A DNA stretch of 64,000 bases from Polyangiales bacterium. Its GTDB lineage: Bacteria > Myxococcota_A > Polyangia > Polyangiales > Polyangiaceae. How positions within the stretch are numbered: position 1 is the first letter of the stretch; every line of letters starts with the position of its first letter. Location of the stretch: assembly GCA_038231275.1 (NCBI GenBank), contig JBBRLQ010000026.1:32001-96000 (forward strand). The letters are read 5' to 3'. Shown piece by piece: positions 30,494 to 39,516 of this stretch. The notes beneath the pieces are model-generated. The model was not told the DNA's origin. It searched no databases and saw nothing but the letters and a program-made list of their open reading frames with translations. Both the position numbers and the translations under genes were made by a program.

Positions 30494-30919
30494 ATGAAAC
30501 CGCCCCCCAAGGATTGGCCTCGCATCTCCTCCTCCCTCTTTTACGACGACGCCGCCGCCGCGATCGACTGGCTGTGCAAGGCCTTCGACTTCAAGGTGCG
30601 CCTTCGCGTGGACGGTGAGGACGGATCGGTCGTCCACTGCGAGCTCGACTACGGCGAGGGTCTCGTCATGGTGAGCAGCTCCAAACCCGACAAGCAGTAC
30701 AAGGCCCCGAGCTCGCTCGGCGGCGCCAATACCCAGACCCTGTGCGTCCAAGTCGAGGACTGCGACGCCCACTTCGCCAAGGCCCGCGCGGCCGGCGCCG
30801 GGATCGTGTCGGAGCCGAAGGTGACCGACTACGGCGAAGGGTACTGGGCCGACCGATCCTACGGCGCCGTCGATCCGGGCGGGCATCAGTGGTGGTTCGC
30901 GCAGCGCGTACGCGGGTGA
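30494..30919 (+). CDS. VOC/glyoxalase (PhnB-like) family protein
   Basis: YDDAAAAIDWLCKAF, VHCEL, RSYGAVDPGGHQWWF. Confidence 0.9.
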   Translation: MKPPPKDWPRISSSLFYDDAAAAIDWLCKAFDFKVRLRVDGEDGSVVHCELDYGEGLVMVSSSKPDKQYKAPSSLGGANTQTLCVQVEDCDAHFAKARAAGAGIVSEPKVTDYGEGYWADRSYGAVDPGGHQWWFAQRVRG

Positions 30920-30923
30920 GGAG

Positions 30924-31232
30924 ATGACCGCCGAGATCGATCGCACGCTCGCCGCCCTCGCCGATCCGACACGCCGCCGCATCGTGGACGTCCTTCGGAA
31001 GAGGCCGCGTCGCGCGGGCGAGCTGGCGGCGGCGTTCGAGATGAGCGCGCCTGCGATGAGCGCACACCTCAAGGTCCTCCGGAAGATCGGCCTCGTGGAG
31101 CCATCAGGCCTCGCGGAAGACGCGCGCGTCCGCGTCTACCGCTTGCGCCCCGAGCGTTTCGGGGAGCTCCGCACCTGGCTCGACGAGGTCGAGGCGTACT
31201 GGGACGGCCAACAACGCGCCAGGCCACGCTGA
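30924..31232 (+). CDS. ArsR/SmtB family transcriptional regulator
   Basis: ALADPTRRRI...MSAPAMSAHLKVL...RVYRL; GAGGAG RBS. Confidence 0.9.
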   Translation: MTAEIDRTLAALADPTRRRIVDVLRKRPRRAGELAAAFEMSAPAMSAHLKVLRKIGLVEPSGLAEDARVRVYRLRPERFGELRTWLDEVEAYWDGQQRARPR

Positions 31233-31285
31233 TCGCGGGCGAGGCATCGACAGCGGACGGATCTTTCCCTACGTTCCCCGGCGCC

Positions 31286-32566
31286 TTGAGTCCCCCCTCC
31301 CCGCCTTCGAAGAAGAAAAAGCTCCCCACGAGCCGCGTCGGCCGCCTCGCGCAGGTCGCGCGCATCGGCCTCACGAGCGGCGCGGCGCGTGCGGAGAAGA
31401 CTGCACAGGTCTTGTCGTCGATGCGCGGCCTCGCGGCGAAGGTCGGCCAAATGGCCAGCTACGTCGACGGCCTCGTCCCCGAGGAGCATCGCGAGTCGTA
31501 CTCCTCGTGGCTCTCGCACCTGCGCACGCAAGCCGCGCGCTCGGAGCCGGGAGAGGTGCGCGCGCTCGTCGAAGAGGAGCTCGGCGCCCCCGTCACGAAG
31601 CTCTTCGCAGAGTGGGACGAAGAGCCGTTCGCGAGCGCGTCGATTGGCCAGGTCCACCGCGCGCGCATGGCCGACGGGCGACTGCTCGCCGTGAAGGTGC
31701 AGCACCCGGGCGTCGCGAAGGCGGTCGAGAGCGATCTCTCGAACGCGAGCCTCGTCGAGTCGATGATCGGCGCGCTCGGCGGTCGCCGCCTCGACACCAG
31801 GCGCCTCCTCGAGGTCATCAAGCTCCGTTTCCGCGAAGAGCTGGACTACGCGCACGAGGCCGAGCAGCTCCTCTACTTCACCGCGCTCCACCAGGGCGAT
31901 CCGCAGATCCACATTCCCGCGCTCGTCGCCGAGCGATCGTCGGGCCGCGTCCTCTCTACCGAGCTCGTCAGCGGGCGCACGTTCGACGAGGCCTGCGCCG
32001 CGAGCGCCGATGAGCGACGCGCGTGGGCGGAGACGCTCTGGCGCTACGTGTACCGAGGCAACCTCGTCGGCGGCCGCTTCAACGCGGATCCGCACCCCGG
32101 CAACTACATCTTCCACGACGACGCGCGCATCACGTTCCTCGACTACGGCTGCGTGCAGAAGATCGAGCCCCCCGCACTCGCCGGCGCCCGCGCGATGCAC
32201 GACGCCGCGGTTCGACGCGACGAGGGAGCGTTCACGAAGCACGTCTCCACGATGATCGGCGCCAAGCCGGGCGCGCTGGAGGACGCGGCGCGCGCGTACA
32301 TCCGCCGCTGCTTCGAGCCGATCTTCGCCTCCCCATTCCATATTACGCGTCCCTACACGGCGAGCCTCGTCGTCTCCACGAAGGGCCTGGCCGGCGTCGC
32401 GCGCGCCGTGAAGAACGAGGAGCTCTTCACGATGCCGCCGGAGATGCTCTTCATGAACCGGCTGCAGTTCGGCTTTTATTCGGTGCTCGCGCGCCTCGAC
32501 GTAGAGGTCGATTACGCAGCGACCGAGCGCCGCATCCACGCCGAAATCGTCGCCGCGTCGTCGTGA
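31286..32566 (+). CDS. ABC1/UbiB (AarF) kinase family protein
   Basis: KVGQ, ASASIGQVH, AVKVQHPG, EELDY..E, ADPHPGN, LDYG. Confidence 0.93.
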   Translation: MSPPSPPSKKKKLPTSRVGRLAQVARIGLTSGAARAEKTAQVLSSMRGLAAKVGQMASYVDGLVPEEHRESYSSWLSHLRTQAARSEPGEVRALVEEELGAPVTKLFAEWDEEPFASASIGQVHRARMADGRLLAVKVQHPGVAKAVESDLSNASLVESMIGALGGRRLDTRRLLEVIKLRFREELDYAHEAEQLLYFTALHQGDPQIHIPALVAERSSGRVLSTELVSGRTFDEACAASADERRAWAETLWRYVYRGNLVGGRFNADPHPGNYIFHDDARITFLDYGCVQKIEPPALAGARAMHDAAVRRDEGAFTKHVSTMIGAKPGALEDAARAYIRRCFEPIFASPFHITRPYTASLVVSTKGLAGVARAVKNEELFTMPPEMLFMNRLQFGFYSVLARLDVEVDYAATERRIHAEIVAASS

Positions 32567-32567
32567 G

Positions 32568-33008
32568 TTACTCGAGGACCTTCGCGAGCAGCGCTTCGTT
32601 CTCCGGCGAGAGCCGAACGAACTTGAGGCCCACGTCGAATTTGCCGGGGGCGCCTTCCTCGAGGCGCTCGATCCAGGCGACCTCGGCGTCGAAGGTCACC
32701 GACGGCTGGTCCTTCAGGAACAGCTCCATCGTCAGGCGATCACCGACGCGCAGAGGTTCATCGGTGTACACGCGTACACCCCCGCGGCTGACGTCGATCG
32801 GCTCCTCTTGGTGATCGAAGAGCTTGAGACCCGCCGCCCGGCAATAGACGGGCGCCTCGATGCGCCGGAACTGACGACGCTCCTTCGGATCCTCCGGGAT
32901 CTCCGCGGAAACCTTCGGACGGAATCCGGATTTCGTACGGCTCGCCGGCTCGATGCCCGTAAGCATCGTCAAGACGCGCTGTGCGAGTGTTTTCTTCGGC
33001 TCGGTCAT
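32568..33008 (-). CDS. PilZ domain protein
   Basis: RRQFRR (RxxxR) and DVSRGG (DxSxxG), GLKF. Confidence 0.88.
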   Translation of the reverse strand: MTEPKKTLAQRVLTMLTGIEPASRTKSGFRPKVSAEIPEDPKERRQFRRIEAPVYCRAAGLKLFDHQEEPIDVSRGGVRVYTDEPLRVGDRLTMELFLKDQPSVTFDAEVAWIERLEEGAPGKFDVGLKFVRLSPENEALLAKVLE

Positions 33009-33148
33009 CGAGGAGGGCGGCCCTTCACTTCGACCCTTACTGTGGCGCAACTCGGCGCCGCAAGCCTCAAAATGCCGTTTGGCTGGAATTTTGAGCGACG
33101 CATCGCGTCATCACGCCCTTGGAGCGCCCGATTTCCCGGCCGTTCGGT

Positions 33149-33496
33149 CTATTCGCCGAGCACTTTTCGGAGGAGCTCTTCGGCGCGGACGTCGAGGTGG
33201 AGGAACTTCAAGCCGACGTCGAAGCGCGCGACGGCTCCCTTCGGCAGCTTCTCTACCCACGCGACCATCGCCTGAAATGTCACTTCGTCGTCACCGGCGC
33301 CCTCGACGAAGAGCTCCAACGTCAATCGATCGCCGACCTTCATCGGCTCGTCGCTGTAGATGCGGACGCCGCCGCGGCTCACGTCCACGGCCTCTTGCCG
33401 CTTGGACATGATCTTCAGCCCGGCGGGGCGACAGAAGACCGGCGCCTGGATTCGTCGATAGCGTCGCCTCTCGGGACCGTCGTCCGCCGAACCCAT
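33149..33496 (-). CDS. PilZ domain protein (paralog)
   Basis: RRRYRR and DVSRGG, GLKF. Confidence 0.88.
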   Translation of the reverse strand: MGSADDGPERRRYRRIQAPVFCRPAGLKIMSKRQEAVDVSRGGVRIYSDEPMKVGDRLTLELFVEGAGDDEVTFQAMVAWVEKLPKGAVARFDVGLKFLHLDVRAEELLRKVLGE

Positions 33497-33570
33497 TCCA
33501 AGAAGCATGTCTGACCGAAGCCGGCGCGCAAGGGCGTTCGCGCAAGGGCGTTGTGGTACCGTTTTCGGTC

Positions 33571-34551
33571 ATGTTCTCTCGCGACGTCCTCGAGATCGAT
33601 CGCGAGGCTGTGACGCGCGAGATCGCCGAGACCGTGCGCGCCCAGGTGCTCGGAACGCTCAAGCGTCGGGGCGCGATCGTCGGCCTCTCGGGCGGGATCG
33701 ACAGCTCGGTCGTCGCGGCGCTGGCGGTGCGGGCGCTCGGAAAAGAGAAGGTGCTCGGTGTCTTCATGCCCGAGCGCGATTCGTCGGGCGACTCGCTGCG
33801 CCTGGGGAGGCTCCTCGCGGAGTCGCTCGGCATCGAGACCGTGCTCGAGGACATCGCGGGCACCGTGGAGGCCGCCGGCTGCTACCGCCGCCAGGACGAC
33901 GCCGTCCGCACCGTGTTCCCGGAGTACGGGCCCGGGTACAAGTGCAAGATCACCCTGCCGTCGATCCTCGAGAGCGAGCGGCTCAACGTCTTTCAGCTCA
34001 CGATCCAGTCGCCGTCCGGCGAGACGAAGACGAGCCGCATGGGGCTCGCGGCATTCCTGCTGCTCGTGGCGGCGACCAACCTCAAGCAGCGCGCGCGGAA
34101 GATGATGGAATACTTCCACGCCGATCGGCTGAACTACGCCGTCGCCGGCACGCCGAACCGGCTCGAGTACGACCAGGGCTTCTTCGTGAAGCAAGGAGAC
34201 GGCGCCGCGGATTTCAAGCCGATCGCGCACCTCTACAAGACGCAGGTGTACGCGCTCGCCGCGCACCTCCATGTCCCCGCGGAAATTTGCGAGAGGCCGC
34301 CCACGACCGACACGTACTCGATGCCGCAGACCCAGGAGGAGTTCTACTTCGCGCTCCCCTACGACAAGATGGACCTGTGCCTGTACGGCAAGAACCACGG
34401 CGTCCCGGCAGCGGAGGTCGCGCCGATCGTCGGCGTCACCGCGGAGCAGGTCGAGCGCGTCTACAAGGACATCGACAAGAAGCGGATGACGACGCGCTAC
34501 CTCCACGCGCGCCCGCTCCTCGTCCACGACGTGCTCGAGATCGCGAAGTAG
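33571..34551 (+). CDS. nadE: NadE-like NH3-dependent NAD(+) synthase family protein
   Basis: GLSGGIDSS, NLKQRARK, GTPNRLE, GFFVKQGDG, LYKTQV. Confidence 0.88.
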   Translation: MFSRDVLEIDREAVTREIAETVRAQVLGTLKRRGAIVGLSGGIDSSVVAALAVRALGKEKVLGVFMPERDSSGDSLRLGRLLAESLGIETVLEDIAGTVEAAGCYRRQDDAVRTVFPEYGPGYKCKITLPSILESERLNVFQLTIQSPSGETKTSRMGLAAFLLLVAATNLKQRARKMMEYFHADRLNYAVAGTPNRLEYDQGFFVKQGDGAADFKPIAHLYKTQVYALAAHLHVPAEICERPPTTDTYSMPQTQEEFYFALPYDKMDLCLYGKNHGVPAAEVAPIVGVTAEQVERVYKDIDKKRMTTRYLHARPLLVHDVLEIAK

Positions 34552-34552
34552 A

Positions 34553-36541
34553 ATGTGCGGGATCGCCGGCATCGTCGCCACCGGCGCCGCCGCCCTCCCC
34601 CCGACGCGCGAGGCCCTCACGCGAATGGCGGCAGCGCTGCACCATCGCGGCCCCGACGAGCTCGGCGTCTACCGCCGCGGCCCCGCCGGCCTCGCGCACG
34701 CGCGCCTCTCGATCATCGATTTGAAGAGCGGGCAGCAGCCCCTCGCGAACGAGGATCACACGCTTTGGGTCGTCTACAACGGCGAGATCTTCAACTACGT
34801 CGAGCTCCGCGCCGACCTCGTCGCGCGCGGTCACGTGTTCAGGACCGCCAGCGACACCGAGGTCATCGTCCACGCGTACGAGGCCTGGGGAGACGACGCG
34901 TTCGCGCGCTTCAACGGCCAATTCGCGATCGCGCTGTGGGACGAGACGCGCGCACGCCTCGTCCTCGCGCGCGACCGGCTGGGCGTAAGGCCGCTCCACG
35001 TCTGCGAGCGCGGAGGCCGCGTCGTCTTCGCGAGCGAGGTAAAGGCTATTTTCGCCGGCGATCCGGAGATCCCGCGCGCGCTCGATCCGAAGGGGATCGA
35101 CGAGACGTTCACGTTCTGGTCGATCGTCCCTCCGCAAGGCGTCTTCGAAGGCATCGGCGAGCTCCGCCCCGGGCACGTGCGAACGTACCAAGCAGGCGAG
35201 GTCCATGAGCGCGCGTTCTGGACGCCCTGCTTTCCACCGCAGCACGGATTTCACGGCACGCTGGACGATGCGGTTGTCCAGGTCCGCGCGGCGCTTGAGG
35301 ACGCGACGCGCCTGCGCATGCTCCGCGCCGACGTCCCGGTAGGCAGCTACCTCTCTGGCGGCCTCGACAGCTCGCTCGTCGCCGCGCTCGGTCTCCGCGT
35401 GAAGGGAGAGGGCTTTCACACCTTCTCGCTCCGCTTCGAGGACGCCGAGTACGACGAGACCGCGTTTCAACGCGCGATGGCGGCTCGCCTCGGCACGCAG
35501 CACCACGAGGTGATCGTCTCGCGCGCCGACATCGCGGGCGTGTTTCCCGAGGTCGTCTTCCACACCGAGCGTCCGATCCTCCGCACCGCGCCGGCCCCGC
35601 TGCTCCTCCTCTCGCGCCTCGTCCGGGAGACCGGCATCAAGGTCGTCCTCACCGGCGAGGGCGCCGACGAGATCTTCGCCGGCTACGATCTGTTCCGCGA
35701 GGCGAAGGTCCGCCGCTTCTGGGCGAAGGCGCCGGCGTCACGGACGCGCCCACGCCTCCTCGAGCGGCTCTACCCTTACTTGGCGCGCTCGCCGGTCGCG
35801 CAGCAAGCGATCGCGCGGCAGTTCTTCGGGAGGGATCTCGACCAGTGGCGTGCTCCCGGCTTTGGCCACGCGACGCGATGGAATGGCACGAGCGCGCTAA
35901 AACGCCTATTTTCGAAGGAGATGCGCGATCGGACGACAGGACGAGACGCCGTCGCGCGGCTTCTCGCCGATCTGCCCGCCGCGTTCGCGTCGTGGGATCC
36001 GCTCGCGCAAGATCAGTACCTGGAGATGAGGACGCTCCTCTCGGGGTACCTCCTCGCGTCGCAGGGCGATCGCATGCTCATGGCGAGCTCGGTGGAGGGG
36101 CGCTTCCCGTTCCTCGACGCCAACGTCGTGGAGCTCGCGAGCACGCTGCCCTCCCGGTACAAGCTCGCGGTCCTCGACGAGAAGCACGTCCTGAAGCGCG
36201 CGGCGGCAGGCCTCGTCCCCGACGCGATCCTACGTAGGCAGAAGCAGCCGTACCGCGCGCCCGACGCGCTGTCGTTCGTGGGGCCTCACGCGCCGGCGTG
36301 GGTGAGCGACGCGATGAGCGAGGCGCGCGTGGCGGAGGCCGGCGTCTTCGATCCGGGCGTGGTCGGGCAGCTCTGGAAGAAGTGCGCGGCGAAGAAGGAC
36401 GACGGGCAGTTCTCGAACGCCGACAACATGGCCGTGGTCGGCGTCCTGTCGACGCAGCTCCTCCACGCCCGCTTCGTCGCGCGCCCGCCCGACCCGACGA
36501 GACCCATCCCCCTCACGACGCTCGTAGAGAGAGACCCATGA
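34553..36541 (+). CDS. asnB: Asparagine synthase (glutamine-hydrolysing) family amidotransferase
   Basis: MCGI, HRGPD, NGEIFN, SGGLDSS, GEGADE, EGRFPFLD. Confidence 0.95.
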   Translation: MCGIAGIVATGAAALPPTREALTRMAAALHHRGPDELGVYRRGPAGLAHARLSIIDLKSGQQPLANEDHTLWVVYNGEIFNYVELRADLVARGHVFRTASDTEVIVHAYEAWGDDAFARFNGQFAIALWDETRARLVLARDRLGVRPLHVCERGGRVVFASEVKAIFAGDPEIPRALDPKGIDETFTFWSIVPPQGVFEGIGELRPGHVRTYQAGEVHERAFWTPCFPPQHGFHGTLDDAVVQVRAALEDATRLRMLRADVPVGSYLSGGLDSSLVAALGLRVKGEGFHTFSLRFEDAEYDETAFQRAMAARLGTQHHEVIVSRADIAGVFPEVVFHTERPILRTAPAPLLLLSRLVRETGIKVVLTGEGADEIFAGYDLFREAKVRRFWAKAPASRTRPRLLERLYPYLARSPVAQQAIARQFFGRDLDQWRAPGFGHATRWNGTSALKRLFSKEMRDRTTGRDAVARLLADLPAAFASWDPLAQDQYLEMRTLLSGYLLASQGDRMLMASSVEGRFPFLDANVVELASTLPSRYKLAVLDEKHVLKRAAAGLVPDAILRRQKQPYRAPDALSFVGPHAPAWVSDAMSEARVAEAGVFDPGVVGQLWKKCAAKKDDGQFSNADNMAVVGVLSTQLLHARFVARPPDPTRPIPLTTLVERDP

Positions 36542-38091
36542 ACGGCGTTCCCCAGCTCCACGACTACCTCTCCGACTCCGCGCGGCGCCTGCCGGAGAAG
36601 ATTGCGCTCGTCTGTCGCAAGCAGCGCTTCTCGTACCGCGAGCTCGATCGGCGCGCGAACCGTCTCGCCCACGCGCTTCAACGGCGCGGAGTCTCGCGCG
36701 GCGATCGGATCGTCGTCTTCGCGGACAACACGGTAGAGACCGTGATCGCGTTCTGGGCGATCTTGAAGGCGAACGCCGTCGTCTCGATCGTCAACCCCCT
36801 CACCAAGGCCGACAAGCTCGCCTACCTCTTGAACGACTGCCGCGCGGTGGCGCTCGTCACCGACGGGCACCTCACGCCGGTCTTCGCCGACGCCGCGACG
36901 AAGTCTCGGCACCTCCGCCACGTCATCATTTCCGGGGCGATCGACGCGGCGCGCACAGCGAGCCTGCCCGGGGTGGTCGCGTGGGACGTGGCCCTCGAGG
37001 ATGGAGATCCCGCCGCGCCGCCGCCCCGGAAGAACATCGACATCGACCTCGCCGCCATCATCTACACCTCGGGGAGCACCGGCGATCCGAAGGGCGTCAT
37101 GCTCACCCACCGGAACATGCTCACCGCGGCGCGCTCGATCACGACGTACCTCGAGAACGTCGAGGACGACGTGATCCTCGGCGTCCTCCCCCTCGCCTTC
37201 GATTACGGCCTCTACCAGATGATCATGGCGTTCCGCGTCGGCGCCCGCCTCGTGCTCGAGCGCTCGTTCACCTACCCGGCCCAGGTGCTCGAGGTGGTGG
37301 TCAGCGAGAAGGTCACCGGCTTCCCCGGCGTGCCGACCATCTTCGCCATCCTCGCGGAGATGAAGACGCTCAAATCCCATGATTTTTCGAGCATCCGCTA
37401 CGCGACGAACACCGCCGCGGCGTTGCCGGTCAAGCACATCACCGTCCTGCAAGACATCTTCCCGGGCGCGAAGATCTTCAGCATGTACGGCCTCACCGAG
37501 TGCAAGCGCTGCACGTACCTCCCGCCCGCCGATCTCGCGCGCAAGCCGACCAGCGTAGGCGTCGCCATCCCGAACACCGAGCTCTGGATCGTCGACGAGA
37601 ACGGCGCAAAGGTCGGTCCCAACGTCGTCGGCCAGCTCGTCATCCGCGGCGCGACCGTCATGAAGGGCTACTGGGAGAAGCCCGAGGAGACGGCGAAGAA
37701 GCTGCGGCCCGGTCCAGTGCCCGGCGAACAGGTCCTCTACACCGGCGATCTCTGCAAGCTCGACGACGAGGGCTACCTCACCTTCGTCGGGCGCATGGAC
37801 GACATCATCAAGAGCCGCGGCGAGAAGGTGGCGCCGAAGGAGGTCGAGACCGCGCTCATGAACGTCGTCGGCGTGAAAGAGGCGGCGGTCATCGGCGTGC
37901 CCGACGAGATCCTCGGCCAGGCGATCAAAGCGTTCGTGGTCCTAGAAGAGGGCGCGACGCTGACCGAGAAGGATCTCCAGAAGGAGTGCCAGAGGCGCCT
38001 CGAGAATTTCATGGTGCCCAAGCACTTCGCGTTCGTCGCCGAGCTTCCGAAGACGACGACCGGCAAGATCAAGAAGACGGGGCTCGCGTGA
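36538..38091 (+). CDS. AMP-dependent ligase (class I adenylate-forming)
   Basis: YTSGSTGDPKG, YGLTEC, TGD, PKTTTGKI; ATGA overlap with asnB. Confidence 0.93.
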   Translation: MNGVPQLHDYLSDSARRLPEKIALVCRKQRFSYRELDRRANRLAHALQRRGVSRGDRIVVFADNTVETVIAFWAILKANAVVSIVNPLTKADKLAYLLNDCRAVALVTDGHLTPVFADAATKSRHLRHVIISGAIDAARTASLPGVVAWDVALEDGDPAAPPPRKNIDIDLAAIIYTSGSTGDPKGVMLTHRNMLTAARSITTYLENVEDDVILGVLPLAFDYGLYQMIMAFRVGARLVLERSFTYPAQVLEVVVSEKVTGFPGVPTIFAILAEMKTLKSHDFSSIRYATNTAAALPVKHITVLQDIFPGAKIFSMYGLTECKRCTYLPPADLARKPTSVGVAIPNTELWIVDENGAKVGPNVVGQLVIRGATVMKGYWEKPEETAKKLRPGPVPGEQVLYTGDLCKLDDEGYLTFVGRMDDIIKSRGEKVAPKEVETALMNVVGVKEAAVIGVPDEILGQAIKAFVVLEEGATLTEKDLQKECQRRLENFMVPKHFAFVAELPKTTTGKIKKTGLA

Positions 38092-38768
38092 GCGAGGACG
38101 AGCGCGTTCGTCGCGCGTACGCCGAGGGGCGCGTTCGGTTCTTGGATCTCGATCTGGAGATCGCGCCGGGCGCGCTCGTCCCTCGTCGAGAGACGGAGCT
38201 CCTCGCGCGCACGGCGATCGGTCTCCTCGCGGCCCTGCCAGGCGACCTTCGCGTGGTGGACATGTGCTGCGGCTCCGGAAACCTCGCGTGCGCCATCGCG
38301 TCCTTCATCCCGCAATCGCACGTGTGGGCGAGCGATCTGACGGACGGTTGCGTGGCGGTCACGAGGAGGAACGTCGCGCGCCTGGACCTCGGCGCGCGGG
38401 TGACGGTCACGCAAGGCGATCTGTTCGCCGCCCTCGCCGGCTCGGGCCTCGAGGCTGCGGTCGACGTCGTCGTCTGCAACCCGCCGTACATCTCGACCGG
38501 CCGCCTCGAGAAGGAGCGCAAGGAACTGCTCGATCACGAGCCGCGCGAAGCGTTCGACGGGGGCCCCTACGGCCTCACGATTCACCAGCGCGTCGTCCGA
38601 GAGGCGCCCCCGTTCCTGCGCGCGGGGGGGTCGCTCCTCTTCGAGATCGGGCTTGGGCAGGAGCGTCAGGTCGACGTCCTCTTTCGTCGCGCGACCTCGT
38701 ACACTGCCACCGTGCACGAAAAGGACGCCGACGGTCACGTGCGCGTCGTGATGGCAAAGAAGGTCTGA
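38088..38768 (+). CDS. HemK/PrmC-like methyltransferase lacking the N-terminal domain
   Basis: LVPRRETE, DMCCGSG, NPPY, HEP..A..GG..GL, FEIG..Q; 226 aa; GTGA overlap. Confidence 0.88.
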   Translation: MSEDERVRRAYAEGRVRFLDLDLEIAPGALVPRRETELLARTAIGLLAALPGDLRVVDMCCGSGNLACAIASFIPQSHVWASDLTDGCVAVTRRNVARLDLGARVTVTQGDLFAALAGSGLEAAVDVVVCNPPYISTGRLEKERKELLDHEPREAFDGGPYGLTIHQRVVREAPPFLRAGGSLLFEIGLGQERQVDVLFRRATSYTATVHEKDADGHVRVVMAKKV

Positions 38769-38771
38769 CGA

Positions 38772-39014
38772 ATGGAAATCAAGGAGCAGGTCCGTCAGTT
38801 CATCGTCAGCAACTTCTACGTCGCGGACCCCGTTGCGGTCGGAGACGAGACGTCGCTCCTCGACCAGGGCATCATCGACTCGACCGGCGTCCTCGAGGTC
38901 ATCAGCTTCCTCGAGTCGACGTTCGGCATCGTGGTCGCCGACGAGGAGATGCTCCCCGACAACCTCGACACGATCGGGCGCATCGCCGCGTTCGTCGGCA
39001 AGAAAAGGGCATGA
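38772..39014 (+). CDS. Acyl carrier protein (carrier 1)
   Basis: 80 aa, acidic, GIIDSTG phosphopantetheine site. Confidence 0.93.
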   Translation: MEIKEQVRQFIVSNFYVADPVAVGDETSLLDQGIIDSTGVLEVISFLESTFGIVVADEEMLPDNLDTIGRIAAFVGKKRA

Positions 39015-39277
39015 GGACGACGGCGCGCGCGGGTTGATCCGCCGCCTGAGCCGTCGCGCCTGAACGCGCGGAGAAGGCTCGGAAAACCGACACGCCTCGA
39101 TGCGAGAGCTCCGCCTTGCACGGCGGCGGCCCGCGTGGCAGTACCCGCGCGCGCAAGAGCCAAAGTGGGGGTGCGTTGCGCGCCGGCGAGGGCGACGCCA
39201 TGGGGTCGTTTGTCCCGCCATTACTGAACGCATTTCTAGTACGCGGACCACGGCCGTTCGGTCGAAGAGCCCGGCGG

Positions 39278-39392
39278 TTCGAGGGCGGAAAAGACCGCGA
39301 AAAGACGGCCTCGAACGCCTGATTTACCGATAATTTCCGGCGCGTTGGCCCGGAGAAGAAAAGGCAACTTTTCGAGGGCGATTTTTATCGCC
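39278..39392. promoter_or_regulatory. Repeat-rich regulatory region upstream of the EPS priming transferase
   Basis: Tandem GAAAAGAC(C/G)GC at 39288-39309; TTCGAGGGCG at 39278 and 39371; inverted repeat GGCGAT-TTTT-ATCGCC at 39377-39392. Confidence 0.45.
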
Positions 39393-39516
39393 TGATTCAG
39401 CGTACTTAGGCCCAATGTGGACGACGCTCGCGAAATGTAGGTTGCACGGTGCGGGCGCGGCGCATACGAGGAACAGTCGCGGTTTCACTACCCCTCACTC
39501 TCTTCCGAGCACCACC

